Positions 45,286-56,731 of a DNA stretch of 64,000 nt are shown here, piece by piece. The stretch is taken from contig JAZDFZ010000021.1 of NCBI GenBank assembly GCA_043807425.1, positions 574 to 64,573 of the forward strand. Reading direction: 5' to 3'. The notes under the pieces are model-generated. The model was not told the DNA's origin. It was given only the letters and a program-made list of their open reading frames with translations, and did not search any database. A program made the position numbers and the translations under genes. This DNA comes from Actinomycetota bacterium. GTDB taxonomy: Bacteria > Actinomycetota > Geothermincolia > Fen-727 > Anoxymicrobiaceae. The number at the start of each line of letters is the position of its first letter. The stretch's first letter is position 1.

Positions 45286-46815
45286 TTGGCCGACAAACCC
45301 GGAAGTGAGACAGCGATAATCATCGGCGCGGGCCCCGCGGGGCTGACCGCCGCCTACGAGCTCGCCACCAGGACCGGGATTAAGCCGGTCGTGCTCGAGG
45401 CCGACCAGGCCCTCGGCGGCATCTCCAGGACCGTCGAGTACCACGGTAACCGCATCGACATAGGGGGACACCGGTTCTTCTCCAAGTCGGACCGGGTCAT
45501 GGACTGGTGGCTCGAGATGATGCCGATGGCAAGATCCACCGAATCGCCTGACGGCCCCGACCCCGAAACGCGCGACCTGGTCATGCTGCTGCGCACTCGC
45601 AAGTCGCGCATCTTCTTCAACCGCAGGCTGTTCGACTACCCCGTGAGCCTCTCCCCCGAGACTCTGCTCAAGCTCGGCCTTACCCGGGCGTTCCGCATCG
45701 TGCTCTCCTACCTGCGCAGCGCCGCGTTCCCCATCAGGGACGAGACGAGCCTCGAGGACTTCTTCATCAACCGCTTCGGCCGCGAGCTGTACAGGACGTT
45801 CTTCAAGTCGTACACAGAGAAGGTCTGGGGGGTCCCCTGCAGCGAGATCAGCCCGGAGTGGGGCGCCCAGCGGGTCAAGGGCCTTTCCATCTTCAGCGCG
45901 GCACTGCACTTCTTCCGGTCGCTCTTCCGACGCGGCTCCGGGGTCGCACAGAAGGACGTCGAGACCTCCCTCATCGAGAGGTTCCTGTATCCCAAGTTCG
46001 GGCCGGGCCAGATGTGGGAGCGGGTCGCGGAGCGGGTGGTCGAAGCTGGCGGCGATGTGCTGACCGGCTGCCGCGTAGAGAGGCTCCTGGTCGACGGGCG
46101 GCGTGTGACCGCCGTCGAGGCTTCGACACCCGGGGGGCCGCGGACCTTCGAGGCCGACTACGTATTCTCGACCATGCCGGTGCGCGAGCTGGTCCGGGCC
46201 CTCGATGTGGAGAAACCATCGGAGGTGGTGGAGATCAGCGACGGGCTTGCATACCGCGACTTCCTGACGGTGGGGCTGCTCCTGGAGCGCCTCCAGCTCG
46301 GCGAAGGCGATGGTGAGCGCGGGCTGGTCGACGATAACTGGATCTACATCCAGGAGCCGGACGTGCTGGTGGGACGCATGCAGGTGTTCAATAACTGGAG
46401 CCCCTACCTCGTGGCCGACCCGGGCAAGGTATGGATCGGCCTGGAGTACTTCTGTTACGAGACCGACGACCTCTGGACGATGGCGGACGACAGGGTGATC
46501 GCGCTCGCGGTGCAGGAGCTGAGCCAGCTCGGGTTCGCGACCCCTGACGAGGTGCTGGACGCCACGGTCCTCCGGATGCCCAAGACCTACCCGGCCTACT
46601 TCGGGACCTACTCCCGCTTCGATGAGGTCCGCTCCTTCCTGGACGGCTTCGCCAACCTCTTCCCCGTTGGCCGCAACGGCATGCACCGCTACAACAACCA
46701 GGACCACTCCATGCTCACCGCCATGATCGCGGTGGACAACATCATGGCCGGCGTGGAGGACAAGTCGGAGATGTGGGAGGTCAACGCCGAGGAAGAATAC
46801 CATGAGTCGCGCTAG
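45286..46815 (+). CDS. NAD(P)/FAD-dependent oxidoreductase (HemY / UDP-galactopyranose-mutase-like)
   Basis: [46 protein letters not shown]. Confidence 0.85.
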   Translation: MADKPGSETAIIIGAGPAGLTAAYELATRTGIKPVVLEADQALGGISRTVEYHGNRIDIGGHRFFSKSDRVMDWWLEMMPMARSTESPDGPDPETRDLVMLLRTRKSRIFFNRRLFDYPVSLSPETLLKLGLTRAFRIVLSYLRSAAFPIRDETSLEDFFINRFGRELYRTFFKSYTEKVWGVPCSEISPEWGAQRVKGLSIFSAALHFFRSLFRRGSGVAQKDVETSLIERFLYPKFGPGQMWERVAERVVEAGGDVLTGCRVERLLVDGRRVTAVEASTPGGPRTFEADYVFSTMPVRELVRALDVEKPSEVVEISDGLAYRDFLTVGLLLERLQLGEGDGERGLVDDNWIYIQEPDVLVGRMQVFNNWSPYLVADPGKVWIGLEYFCYETDDLWTMADDRVIALAVQELSQLGFATPDEVLDATVLRMPKTYPAYFGTYSRFDEVRSFLDGFANLFPVGRNGMHRYNNQDHSMLTAMIAVDNIMAGVEDKSEMWEVNAEEEYHESR

Positions 46816-48712
46816 GTACCCCAGGAAGTACGCCGTGCTCGCGGCGCTGTTCGTACTCGGAACCGGCCTGGGGCTGCTCGCCTGGAAGTTCATCCGGTTG
46901 CCTTTCAGGAACCCCTGGAACGTGACCGGCCCGCTTACCCTGGTGCGGTTAAACCCCGCCAACAACATCGCGCGCTTCGGGCTGGTTGTCCTGCTGCCGA
47001 CCGCGCTGCTGTTCCTGCTGGTGCTGGCTTGGAGGGAGAGGTCGGTGGGGATGCTCTTCTTCGAGCCCGGGGCCCCGGTCTGTCGGCCGGGGCCGCGCCC
47101 CTCGCGCGGGGTCACGGTCCTGCTGGCGTTTCTGCTCATAGTCCTGGCGATCGTGGCGGCGCTCAACTTCCCGACCTTCCCCTCGGACGCCCCGGTCATG
47201 GACACCTTCCACGAGGGGGAGAGCCTGGGGCCGGGGGAGTGCCTGGCGCAGGGCCAGGCCCCCTACCGCGACTTCGTCTTCGTGCACGGGCCCTACGAGG
47301 ACCCCATCCGTTGCGTCCTTGCCTGGAAGCTGTTCGGCAGGTCCATCGCCTCGGTGCGCACCCTGCAGTCCCTCAACAAGATAATCGGGTTCCTGCTGCT
47401 GGCGTTCATGCTGTTCCGCCTGTTCCAGGGCGACTGGCTGTTCACCTTTCTCACCTTCGTGTTGATCGTGTTCTTCAGCGGCCCGCTCGCGGGGCCTTTC
47501 TACCGCAACCCGATAGTCATGTACTTCCCCGAGAGGGACATGACGGCGTTCGCGTTCATCATCACTGTCACCTACATGTGGGAGGCCCTCAAGGCCGACA
47601 CCGCCAGGGGTCGGCGCCTCTTCGTAATAAGCGCCTTCATGGGTTTCTTCGCGCTGGTCCCGTTCGCCTACTCGATCGATCGGGGTTTCTACAACGCCGG
47701 CACCTATGCGGTCCTGGTCCTCCTCCTGTTCATCGCGTTCTTCTACCGGAAGGGGCTGCGCCTCACCTTCATATCCTCGACGCTGCTGGGGGTCGCGGCG
47801 GGCCTGCTGGTGCTGGGGTTCGCCATCCGCTGGGAGTACGGCGCTTTTTTCCGGTTCGCTTTCCTGGACATGCCGCGCTACAAGGAGCTCATGGACGGTT
47901 TCGTCTACCCCATCCGCTCCGCTTTCGGCGTGAGGATGGTGTTGCTGATCGCACTGGTCATCTTCTGGACGGGATACCAGTTCCTGCGAGTATATGAGAA
48001 GGCCGCCCGGCGGTTCATGGTCGCCGTCCGGTCGTTCCTTCGGGAGTACCTGGTGGAGCTGGCACTGCTCATGCTGGCGGTGTTCTCCTTCAGGAGCGCG
48101 CTGGGCCGCGCGGACATGGGGCATATCCAGTACAGCTCGGCGTTCACCTACCTGCTGCTGGTCTTCATCTTCATCAAGCACTACCTGGCGCGCTGGCTCA
48201 CTGGGCTCGGAGGGCGCAAAGTGTTCGCGGCCGGGCTGGCGATAGTGCTGGCTGTGCTGATCGGGGTCGACGCCTACCGTATCGTCGACCGCGACCGCTT
48301 CGACTCCAACTTCCCGGTGGTCAAAGGGTACGAGGACTCCTACTTCATCCCCGACGAGTACCAGAACGCCTCCACCTTCCTGAGCGGGATCCTGAAACCC
48401 GGGGAGAACTTCGTCACCATGACCAACGAGGCGTCGTACTATTACTTCGTGGGCAGGCCCTCACCCGTGCGCTTCCCCGTGGTCTGGTTCGCCATGCCCG
48501 AGCAGTTCCAGCGCGAGATGGTGGTCGACATGGAGAAGAACAACGTCAGGTACGTCATCTACAGGAACAGGAACCCCGTCAACAATATAGACAACATAAA
48601 GAACGTCAAGCGCCTGCCGATCGTCTTCGACTACATCGACCGGAACTACGAGCCCTATCGCACCATCGACGGTACCGAGATCTGGATAAGAAAAGAGCCC
48701 CCGCGGGACTGA
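46802..48712 (+). CDS. Polytopic membrane protein, GT-C glycosyltransferase-like
   Basis: [17 protein letters not shown], many TM segments, soluble C-terminal domain. Confidence 0.6.
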   Translation: MSRARYPRKYAVLAALFVLGTGLGLLAWKFIRLPFRNPWNVTGPLTLVRLNPANNIARFGLVVLLPTALLFLLVLAWRERSVGMLFFEPGAPVCRPGPRPSRGVTVLLAFLLIVLAIVAALNFPTFPSDAPVMDTFHEGESLGPGECLAQGQAPYRDFVFVHGPYEDPIRCVLAWKLFGRSIASVRTLQSLNKIIGFLLLAFMLFRLFQGDWLFTFLTFVLIVFFSGPLAGPFYRNPIVMYFPERDMTAFAFIITVTYMWEALKADTARGRRLFVISAFMGFFALVPFAYSIDRGFYNAGTYAVLVLLLFIAFFYRKGLRLTFISSTLLGVAAGLLVLGFAIRWEYGAFFRFAFLDMPRYKELMDGFVYPIRSAFGVRMVLLIALVIFWTGYQFLRVYEKAARRFMVAVRSFLREYLVELALLMLAVFSFRSALGRADMGHIQYSSAFTYLLLVFIFIKHYLARWLTGLGGRKVFAAGLAIVLAVLIGVDAYRIVDRDRFDSNFPVVKGYEDSYFIPDEYQNASTFLSGILKPGENFVTMTNEASYYYFVGRPSPVRFPVVWFAMPEQFQREMVVDMEKNNVRYVIYRNRNPVNNIDNIKNVKRLPIVFDYIDRNYEPYRTIDGTEIWIRKEPPRD

Positions 48713-48745
48713 TGCGGGGGCCCGGATCTCGCGATCGATCGATGC

Positions 48746-49588
48746 CTACCGGCTGAACATCCCCCTCTTCTTCTTCGGCTGGAATGCTCCCTCTATCATC
48801 TGCGGGCTGTAGGGCGCCGGCACCTGCCCCGTCACCGCGTAGTCGTACAGCGCGGTCGAGAGGATCCCGGTAAGACTGGTACTGATGACCGCCAGCACCG
48901 CCCAGTAGGCGAGGGCGATGCCGATCCCGAGCATGATCACGGGACCCGAACCGGTCAGGAAAGACAGCACTATTGGAACGGCGCCCAGGACGCCCAGCAC
49001 GAGAAAGATCAGCCCCAGGGAGAAGCGTGCCACCACGTTCTCCCCCCAGGTGCGCCTGAATATCTTGGCGGACTCCTTGACGGCGTCCATGACGCCGTAA
49101 CCCTGGAATATCAGCACGGGGATGACGAAGAAGGTGATGAGGTTCCAGGCCAGGCCGGCCAGGCCCGCGATTATGGCTCCGAAGATGCCGAGGCGCTCCC
49201 TGATCATCCTCAGTATCACCCCGACCGTGGCGTTCAGAAGCGCCCAACCGGCGATCTTGCCCACGTTCTGCATGGCGATGTTGATACCGTAGCTGAAATC
49301 GGGGTCTCCGCCGCGCATGACCTCCTGGGCACAGGCGATGAGCCCGGTGTTGAAGAAGAAAACCACGAATGAGGTAACGAAGTAGAAGATGAAGAAGAAC
49401 ACGTAGAACAGGGGGTTGTTCCTGACGTTTCCGTCCTTGATCCCGGTCAGGAAGTACACCGGCACGATCAGGGCGGTGACAAGTACTATGCTGAGTATCC
49501 CCGACACGATGGGGAAGATCACCAGCGACTTCTCCTTGCGGAGCACCGCCCACGATGCCTTGAGCAGCTCCATGCTGTTAGACCACAT
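48746..49588 (-). CDS. DUF6159-like membrane protein
   Basis: SMELLKASWAVLRKEKSLVIFP, SAKIFRRTWGE. Confidence 0.75.
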   Translation of the reverse strand: MWSNSMELLKASWAVLRKEKSLVIFPIVSGILSIVLVTALIVPVYFLTGIKDGNVRNNPLFYVFFFIFYFVTSFVVFFFNTGLIACAQEVMRGGDPDFSYGINIAMQNVGKIAGWALLNATVGVILRMIRERLGIFGAIIAGLAGLAWNLITFFVIPVLIFQGYGVMDAVKESAKIFRRTWGENVVARFSLGLIFLVLGVLGAVPIVLSFLTGSGPVIMLGIGIALAYWAVLAVISTSLTGILSTALYDYAVTGQVPAPYSPQMIEGAFQPKKKRGMFSR

Positions 49589-49734
49589 CGCGACCTCCTA
49601 CTAGTGGGCAACCGGACGCTGTGACAATGATACTGACTGGGAGCGCCGGTGGGCAATAGATATTCCACCTCGAGCCCGGCCTCTTGAGCCCGGCCTCTCA
49701 GGCCGGGGTGTTCCGCGGGGCTGAGAGCCCCGCC

Positions 49735-51606
49735 TCAGGGAGACTCGTAGTCCCTGATGGTGAAGTCGAAGCACGCGCCCGGGTCGTTGTAGACCCTCAC
49801 CTCTCCACCATAGATACCGACTATCCTGGCGACTATCGCCATGCCAATGCCCGTCCCCCCACGCTCGCCCCTGGTGAAGGGGGTGAACAGGTCGTCGATC
49901 ATCTCCGTGGGGATTCCCGGGCCGTTGTCGCACACGAGGTAGCGGTGGGCGCCGGGCTCGTCTGCTTCCAGCCTCGATATCCGCACCCTGGGAGACTGTC
50001 CCCGCCCGTAGTTGAGAGCGTTGTCGACGAGGTTTGCGAAGACCTGGTAGAGGTGAGTGCGCTGTACCCGGACCATCCCCAGGCCCCCGTCCACCTCGAA
50101 ATCCATGCCCGCTTCCCGGATGCCGCTCTCGCGCTCGGCGAGCACCAGGCTCACAACCTCCGAACGTCCACTTCCTCCAGCCTGGCCGGCTCGTTGCCGG
50201 CCTCGGCCAGCACCAGCAGGTCCTCGGCCAGCGCGTAGGCCCTGGACAGGCAGGAGTCCAGGATTCCCAGTGCCCCGTCGAGCTGCTCCTCGAGTCCGGG
50301 GGTGGCCCCCCTGGTGAGCAGCTCGTGGACGAGGTCCTTCGCCGTGATGGCCGCGGAAAGCGGGCCTTTCATGTCGTGCGAGACGGTGTGCGCGTACCCC
50401 TTCAGCTCGGTATTCGCGCGGCGCAGATCCTCCTCCGCCCGCGCGCGCTCGGTTATGTCCTGCAGGATGCAGTGGGTCTGCCTGAAGTCCCCGTGCTCGT
50501 CGTAGCCGATCCTGCCGTCGAACGCTGCGATGAGATGGCTCCCGTCCCCGCGGATCACCTCGAACTCGGAGTGGGCTCTCCCCGTCGCTTTGAATTCCGG
50601 GAAGCAGGCCTCGAAGTGCCGGATGGACTCAGGTGTGAGCAGGTCGCCGAACCACCGGCCGACGACGTCGTCCCTCTCGTATCCAAGCGTGTCCAGCCAC
50701 GCCTCGTTGACAGTCAGCAGGAACCCTTCCGCGTCCAGCGACTGGTAGGCGACCGGGGACTGCTCGTACAGGTCCCTGTACGTCCCCTCGCTGTCGCGCA
50801 GGGCCTGCTCGATGCGGCGGCGCTCGGTGACGTCCTCTCCGGCGCTCAGGGTCCCGGTGATCTCGCCGGCCGGGCCGCGAAGTGTCGTGTTGTGCCATCC
50901 GATGAGCCGCCGCTCGCCGGACGTCGTCACGACCTCGTTCTCGTAGTAGTCCACGTCCTCGAGGCCCTCCATCACGTCGTCGAACACCTCGCGGATTGTG
51001 GCGCGGCCTTCCTCCGGGATGTGCCGGTCGAACCAGTTGGCGCCCAGGGCCGCCTCCTCGTTCTCGTATCCGAGCAACCTGAGGCCGTAGCCGTTCATGA
51101 GCACCACGTTTCCCCGGCGGTCCAGGGCCACGATTATCGCCCCCACCAGGTCCAGGTACTCCCTGGAGCGCTCCTCGCTCTCCCTCAGCTCGAGTCGCGC
51201 CTGAGCGATCTCCAGGACGCGTCTCATCGTGGCGATGAGGAGGGAAGAAAGCCTCTGGTCCTTTACCACGTACCCGGACGCCCCCAGTTCGAGGCTCCTG
51301 GCGGCGACGTCCTCGTCCCCGTGCGCGGTCACCAGCACTACCGGCGGAGGGGACTCCATCGCCTGGATCTCCTCCAGGAGGGAAAGCCCGTCAACATCGG
51401 GCAGCTGGTAGTCAAGGGTAACGGCGTCGAAGTGTGCGGATGCCAGCCGGTGCCGGGCGTCAGCGGCGTCCGAGGCGATCTCCGTCGCGGCACCCAGCTT
51501 CATCTTCAGGAGCATTTCGATGAGACGCGCCGAGTCCGCCTCGTCCTCGACGATGAGGATATTATGGGTGGAGCTGTTGCCTGCCATGTTGTTGACCTGG
51601 TGCCCC
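49735..51606 (-). pseudogene. REC-PAS-PAS-HisKA-HATPase histidine kinase, split by a frameshift near 50163
   Basis: ORF 50151-51608 ends just after the HisKA region (SHDMKGPL); the HATPase domain (NLVDNA, DNGPG, GTGIG) is in ORF 49735-50154. One inserted base restores DVSEVVSLVL. Confidence 0.75.
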
Positions 51607-51706
51607 AATCACCGTTGACCCAGCCCGGTAACATCATTGTACTACAGGAGATACGCCGGGGTTTATCCGCTGTGAATGTAGGTCGAGCGGACTTGTCCGT
51701 ACGTAA

Positions 51707-51742
51707 CGCAACCCGATATCAAGGCTTAATAGACTTGGCTCA
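51707..51742. repeat. Dispersed family D repeat, copy 2
   Basis: CGCAACCCGATATCAAGGCTTAATAGACTTGGCT, about 27/34 identity with the 57759 copy. Confidence 0.65.
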
Positions 51743-52558
51743 CCAGGCGTGGAGCATGAACGGCTCGCCCTCACGGGCCGCGACCCCGGTGAACCGGACC
51801 CGGTAGCCGACATCGAGCCCTTCCAGGAACTCCCGTATCTCCCCGGCCGCCCCGACCACGTGGTAGGTGGCTACGGCAAGCCTGGGCCTGCATTCCCTCA
51901 GCGTGCCCTCGGCGCCTCTCATCATGGCGGCCTCGGCGCCCTCCACGTCCACCTTCATGTAGTCGACGCGGGTCCCAAGGGAGCGCCGGAGGTTATCCAC
52001 GGTCTCGGCCGGCACCTCCACCAGCGACTCCCCCTCCTCCTGGAGGCTCGACGACACGTCTTGAGGTGAGAGCCGCGCCGTTCCGGCACTGTCGGAAAGC
52101 GCACAGGGGAGCACCGTGACGTTCTCGACCCCGGCGAAGGTGCGCTCCAGGGCCTCCACGAACCTGGGAAGCGGCTCGACGGTATAGACCCGCTCGCACC
52201 GGCCCGCCACCGCCAGGCTGAAGACCCCTTCCCCGGCTCCGCAATCCAGGACCACGTCGCCGGGCCGCACCCGGGTCTCCTCCAGCTTCTCGTAGTCGTG
52301 CCAGTTGCCGGGGTAGAACTGCTCGGACAGCGACAGGTAGAGGGACTCCACGGGCAGCTCGGCCGGGTAGAAGAGGGGTCGTTCGAAGTTCTTCAGGTGG
52401 ACCACCCGGTACCCGTCATCGAGCTCCACGCGGTCGATGGCCGAAAGCGCTTTCTTCTTGTAGATGGGTTCGGTCATGAAGCGGAGCATCTCGCGCCAGC
52501 CGACCTCCGGCCTCCTGCCGGCGAGCCAGTACTTGAGCGATTGCAGGCGGTATATCAA
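51740..52558 (-). CDS. FkbM family methyltransferase
   Basis: VLDCGAGEG, VEPLP, DYMKVDVEGAE, YH. Confidence 0.9.
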   Translation of the reverse strand: MIYRLQSLKYWLAGRRPEVGWREMLRFMTEPIYKKKALSAIDRVELDDGYRVVHLKNFERPLFYPAELPVESLYLSLSEQFYPGNWHDYEKLEETRVRPGDVVLDCGAGEGVFSLAVAGRCERVYTVEPLPRFVEALERTFAGVENVTVLPCALSDSAGTARLSPQDVSSSLQEEGESLVEVPAETVDNLRRSLGTRVDYMKVDVEGAEAAMMRGAEGTLRECRPRLAVATYHVVGAAGEIREFLEGLDVGYRVRFTGVAAREGEPFMLHAW

Positions 52559-52818
52559 GCGGCTGCCTCCCCCGTTCGATTACAGAATCTGATCCCCTGC
52601 ACAGGCTACTACGTAAAAAGGGGGACTGTGAAGAGTCATCATAGAGAAGGGATCATGCGGTTGGAAGGCTGCCCCGCCGAAGGAGGCGGTGGGATCCGAC
52701 CCGTTCCATGTCCCCTCGCGGGACATGCGATCGCCGAAGGGTGAGTGTCGTCACAGCGACCGGGGGCTGCGGGAACGGACCCCACCGTCTTCACTTACGA
52801 ACCTGCGCGGCTACCCCG

Positions 52819-53106
52819 CTACGCCGCGGTCTCGAACCGGTTCTCGTCGATGACGAGCCTGAGCTCGGGGCACCTGCTCTGCCTGCGCCGAATCCAGCGC
52901 ATCATGGTCGCCGCCGTCGCGCTGATGTACAGGCAGACCAGCAGGCCTTCGCCCACCAGCACGTAGCTGGAGGCGGCCTCCGCCGACATGAAGCTGTACA
53001 GCGCGCCGGTGACGGTCCAGAGCGCGACCATGCCCGCCAGCGCGAGCACAGCGAACGCGGCGGGCCACCACCACAAGCTGAACCTGGGACGTCGAACTTC
53101 TTTCAT
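52819..53106 (-). CDS. Small two-TM hypothetical protein
   Basis: Two hydrophobic segments; G-rich RBS. Confidence 0.6.
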   Translation of the reverse strand: MKEVRRPRFSLWWWPAAFAVLALAGMVALWTVTGALYSFMSAEAASSYVLVGEGLLVCLYISATAATMMRWIRRRQSRCPELRLVIDENRFETAA

Positions 53107-53259
53107 GCCACCCACCCTTTCGGTCGCCATAACACTCTATCGGCGAAATAGGTGAGGCGGCATACTGACCGGATGGCTGTTTTTCAGGTCACCCGGCGCG
53201 GAGACGGGGCGGTCGGCTTATTGCTTACACTTTGTAAGATACCGGGACGGTGTTCCGGC

Positions 53260-53757
53260 CTAGGAAGGAGCCACTGTGGTCTGCTCCTCGAGTATGCGTT
53301 TCGTGTTGTCCATCTCTTCCTGGATATGAGAGACGACCGCCTCCAGTTTCTCTCTCACCTTTGCGGACCGTGAGACAAGCCAGGAGACGGGTTTGCTGAA
53401 GTGGAGATATGTCTTGTACACGGTGAGCCCATCCCGGGCTTCTAAGGTATTCTCGATCCTCGGCAGTATCAGCGATACGGGGAAGAGGAACTTGTACTTG
53501 ATGTACCTGTTGGGTTCAACTACCAGCAGCCTGCCCCGCACCTTCTGCACCCTTCCGGTCACGGGGGAGACCTGTTTGAAGTAGAAGTAGATGCGGCCGC
53601 CGACGAACTGCCCGTCCTTCATGCGAATACTCTTGATCACGGCCCCGCGCTCGATGTGGTCGGGGCTCACCTCCTTGAAATGCCCGGCGTAATCGCTCAA
53701 GAACGTGTACACCTGCTCGGGGGTCGCCTTTATCTCGACAGTGAGTTCCCTGACCAT
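53260..53757 (-). CDS. SRPBCC/START-like domain protein
   Basis: VEIKATPEQVYTFLSD N-terminal pattern; C-terminal helix. Confidence 0.7.
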   Translation of the reverse strand: MVRELTVEIKATPEQVYTFLSDYAGHFKEVSPDHIERGAVIKSIRMKDGQFVGGRIYFYFKQVSPVTGRVQKVRGRLLVVEPNRYIKYKFLFPVSLILPRIENTLEARDGLTVYKTYLHFSKPVSWLVSRSAKVREKLEAVVSHIQEEMDNTKRILEEQTTVAPS

Positions 53758-53891
53758 GATGACCACCCTTCCCCGGTGTCGCCGGCACATGCGAGACCTC
53801 GTTGAGCCTGAGAAGCCTGCTTCAACATAATAGCAGGGTAGCAGGGTTGATTGACACGACCGAGGGGGTTGGGAGCGCCGTTCCGCGGCCC

Positions 53892-55232
53892 CTACAGGTC
53901 CCTGGAGGCGAGCCCCGGGTAATCCGCCGGATACCTCCTCGCCTTGAAGACGCTGTTGTTCTCGCCGTCCCGCGTCCGTGCGGAGAACGGATTGACGTAT
54001 TGCCACACGACCTCGTTCGACGGCGTGACCTCGATGAACGTCCCGTTCGCCCCGCTGCAGATCAGGGTGTTGCCGTTTTGAAGCCTCTGACAGCCGGAGA
54101 TGTACTTCGAGAAGAGATCCGCCGGGTTCGGCGCGGAGTACGCCCAGACCGGCGCGGTGGGTCCGTAGGCGCCCCCATCCCGGGAATAGTGACCGCGGGC
54201 GTCCACCGGGGGCACTATCTCGTCCACGGTGGAGTAGGGTCCGCCCGGACGGCCGTTCCCGTTGTTGAACACCAGGATGTCGCCGGCGCCCGGGTTCCCG
54301 GGGTCTATCCACTGGGCGTCATGCTGCGAGAAGAGCTGCTGGGCGCCCGCAGCCCGGTATGTCTTCGGGTTGCCCCAGCGGTAGAGCAGGTCTCCGCCCC
54401 TGCCGCTTGCGCCCCCGCTGTGTCCCGCCGCCTCCGCGGTGGTGGTGCTGTGGTCAATGACCCACACCTCGGAGAACCTCGGCACGCTGAGCAGGACCTG
54501 GTCGAGCCCGGCGTTATAGTCGACCGAGTTGGTGTGTGACATGTCAACCCCGCCAGAGGTGACCCCGTAGTTCAGGTTGATCAGTTCGGGGTGCCCGGCG
54601 ATGTCGCCGTAGTTCGCTCTTGCCGGGTCGCAGTCCTGGACCATGTGGTCCCAGGCGTGCCACTCCCAGACGATCCGGCCCCCGTTTCGGCCCTCGGGTT
54701 CCACTTCTATGACGTGGTCGGGCCAGAGCTCCCCCTTCGCCATCAGGCCCGGGTCCACGCCCGCGGCCAGCATCTCATCCGTGGTCTTCTTCTCCCAGGC
54801 GATGAGGAGCACGTTACCGCCCGGGACAGGCTCTATGTCGTGGTGCTGCAGGTGTTCGGGGCTGGAGTACGTGTACTCCCAGACAACGGTGCCGTCCCAG
54901 GCTATCTCCTGGACGATCCCCCCGCCGCCCGCGTCGAAATGCGGGTTTGACACGCGGCCGGTGCGCAGCAGGTTACCGTTCTCCAGCAGGTACACCGCGT
55001 TGCCCGGGGTGTAGGCCGACTCCCACGAGTGCACCACGGTCCCCGCGTCGTCAATCAGGTAGGTGGTCCGGGAGCGCAGCGGCGCAAAAAGCGTGTAATC
55101 CTCGAGTGCGGCGGTGGAGGGCGCGCTGCTCCCCGGCTGCGAACCCTGTGCTCCCGGCCGGGTCCCGCCACAGGACGAGGCAAGCACGATGAGAGAAAGG
55201 ACAGCGAGAACGAGCACCGGCTTCCGTTTCAC
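53892..55232 (-). CDS. Aryl-sulfate sulfotransferase family lipoprotein
   Basis: Lipobox ASSC, YLLENGNLL, QHHDI, HTNSVDY, SQHDA, RLQNGNTLI. Confidence 0.88.
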   Translation of the reverse strand: MKRKPVLVLAVLSLIVLASSCGGTRPGAQGSQPGSSAPSTAALEDYTLFAPLRSRTTYLIDDAGTVVHSWESAYTPGNAVYLLENGNLLRTGRVSNPHFDAGGGGIVQEIAWDGTVVWEYTYSSPEHLQHHDIEPVPGGNVLLIAWEKKTTDEMLAAGVDPGLMAKGELWPDHVIEVEPEGRNGGRIVWEWHAWDHMVQDCDPARANYGDIAGHPELINLNYGVTSGGVDMSHTNSVDYNAGLDQVLLSVPRFSEVWVIDHSTTTAEAAGHSGGASGRGGDLLYRWGNPKTYRAAGAQQLFSQHDAQWIDPGNPGAGDILVFNNGNGRPGGPYSTVDEIVPPVDARGHYSRDGGAYGPTAPVWAYSAPNPADLFSKYISGCQRLQNGNTLICSGANGTFIEVTPSNEVVWQYVNPFSARTRDGENNSVFKARRYPADYPGLASRDL

Positions 55233-55392
55233 CGAGTGGACTGCAGAGAAACTCACTGGGTCATCACTTCCTTTCACTGGAGTATCGGACCCATCTGTTA
55301 ATAGAATTCAAAGCGGGGGTAAAAAAGGGGATAAAACGTCCGGGGCAGGCCCGGTCGGGCGTGCGACGGCTTCTCCCGCTTATAATTACCAC

Positions 55393-56700
55393 ATGAACAG
55401 CACGGGGAACATCGCGGGGGACGAGCGCGGCGTGGACCTGCTGGAGATGGTGCTGGCTCTCTCCAGAGCCCTCGATCTCGTTCACCCTGCTGTCACTAAC
55501 CACAACCTCAAGGTGTCCTACATCGCCACCAGCATCGGCCGCGAGCTCGGGTTCACCCCCGAGCAGCAGGCCGAACTGGCGGTCGCCGGGGCGCTGCACG
55601 ACATCGGGGCCCTCAGCCTCGAGGAGCGGCTCGAGATAAACGAGTTCGAGATGGAGGATCCGCACAGCCACGCTGAGCGCGGTCACAGGCTTCTCCGTCT
55701 CTTCGAGCCGTTCCGGGGGGCCTCGCGCCTGGTCCGTTACCACCACGTCCGCTGGGACGAGGCCGGGAAAGGCGACCGGGAAGAGGGCGTGCCGATCGGA
55801 AGTCACGTCATCCACCTGGCCGACAGGGCCTCGCTCTTCCTGGACGCCAGCCGGGAGATCATCGGGCAGGTCAACGGGGTGCTCGAGGTGATCAGGAGAC
55901 ACGCCGGGAGTCTTTTCCACCCGGACCTCGTCGAGGCGTTCGCCACCGTCTCCGAGAGGGAGCACTTCTGGTTCGACGTGGTGTCCCCGCACCTGGGCTC
56001 GATCATCAGCGAGATGATCGAGATAGAGGCGGAGCCCATGAGCCGCGAAGAGCTGACGAGCCTGGCCGGCCACTACTCGAAGATGATCGACTTCCGCAGT
56101 CATTACACCGCCTCTCATTCAAGCGGCGTCGCGGCCACGGTGCGGGCGATGGCGGAGATTGTGGGGCTCGACGAGGCGGACCGTGAGCTGATGGGCGTGG
56201 CGGGAGGGCTACACGACATCGGGAAGCTCGCGGTGCCCACCGAGATACTCGAGAAGCCGGGCAGGCTCTCCAGGAACGAGATGAACATCGTGCTGGCCCA
56301 CCCGTACTTCAGCTACCGGATACTCAAGCCGGTCAGTGCCATGGAGACCGTCAACGACTGGGGGTCGCTCCACCACGAGAGGATCGACGGCAGCGGCTAT
56401 CCCTTCCACTACGAGGCGGACGATCTCTCCCTGGGCTCGCGGCTCACAGCAGTGGCGGACGTGTTCGCGGCGACGTCGGAGGACCGGCCCTACAGGAAAG
56501 GGATGCCGGCGGCGGAGGTGAGAGCGCTGCTGGAGGAGATGTCCGGAGCCCGCAAGCTCGACGGCGAGCTGGTCGCGAGCCTGCTGGACGACTTCGATGC
56601 CATCGCCGCGGCCCGCGAGGCGGCGCAGACCGAGGCCGAGGACGCCTACCGGGAAGTGTTCGGGCCGGAGGGCTCCGACGCCCGGCCGGGGCGGACCTGA
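55393..56700 (+). CDS. Tandem HD / HD-GYP phosphodiesterase
   Basis: LHDIGA, YHHVRWD, HSSGVA, LHDIGK, HHERIDGSGYP; apparently leaderless start. Confidence 0.9.
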   Translation: MNSTGNIAGDERGVDLLEMVLALSRALDLVHPAVTNHNLKVSYIATSIGRELGFTPEQQAELAVAGALHDIGALSLEERLEINEFEMEDPHSHAERGHRLLRLFEPFRGASRLVRYHHVRWDEAGKGDREEGVPIGSHVIHLADRASLFLDASREIIGQVNGVLEVIRRHAGSLFHPDLVEAFATVSEREHFWFDVVSPHLGSIISEMIEIEAEPMSREELTSLAGHYSKMIDFRSHYTASHSSGVAATVRAMAEIVGLDEADRELMGVAGGLHDIGKLAVPTEILEKPGRLSRNEMNIVLAHPYFSYRILKPVSAMETVNDWGSLHHERIDGSGYPFHYEADDLSLGSRLTAVADVFAATSEDRPYRKGMPAAEVRALLEEMSGARKLDGELVASLLDDFDAIAAAREAAQTEAEDAYREVFGPEGSDARPGRT

Positions 56701-56731
56701 GCACGATCCGGCATGAGGAACCTGAAGCGGT

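Noticed and set aside
52676-52791. Glycine or lysine riboswitch (GCCGAAG)
   Set aside because: Lacks GGAGA/CUCAGG and AGAGG.GC elements, and there is no downstream plus-strand gene.
53225-53239. Palindrome CTTACA-CTT-TGTAAG
   Set aside because: Single short occurrence with no regulator assignable; could be chance.
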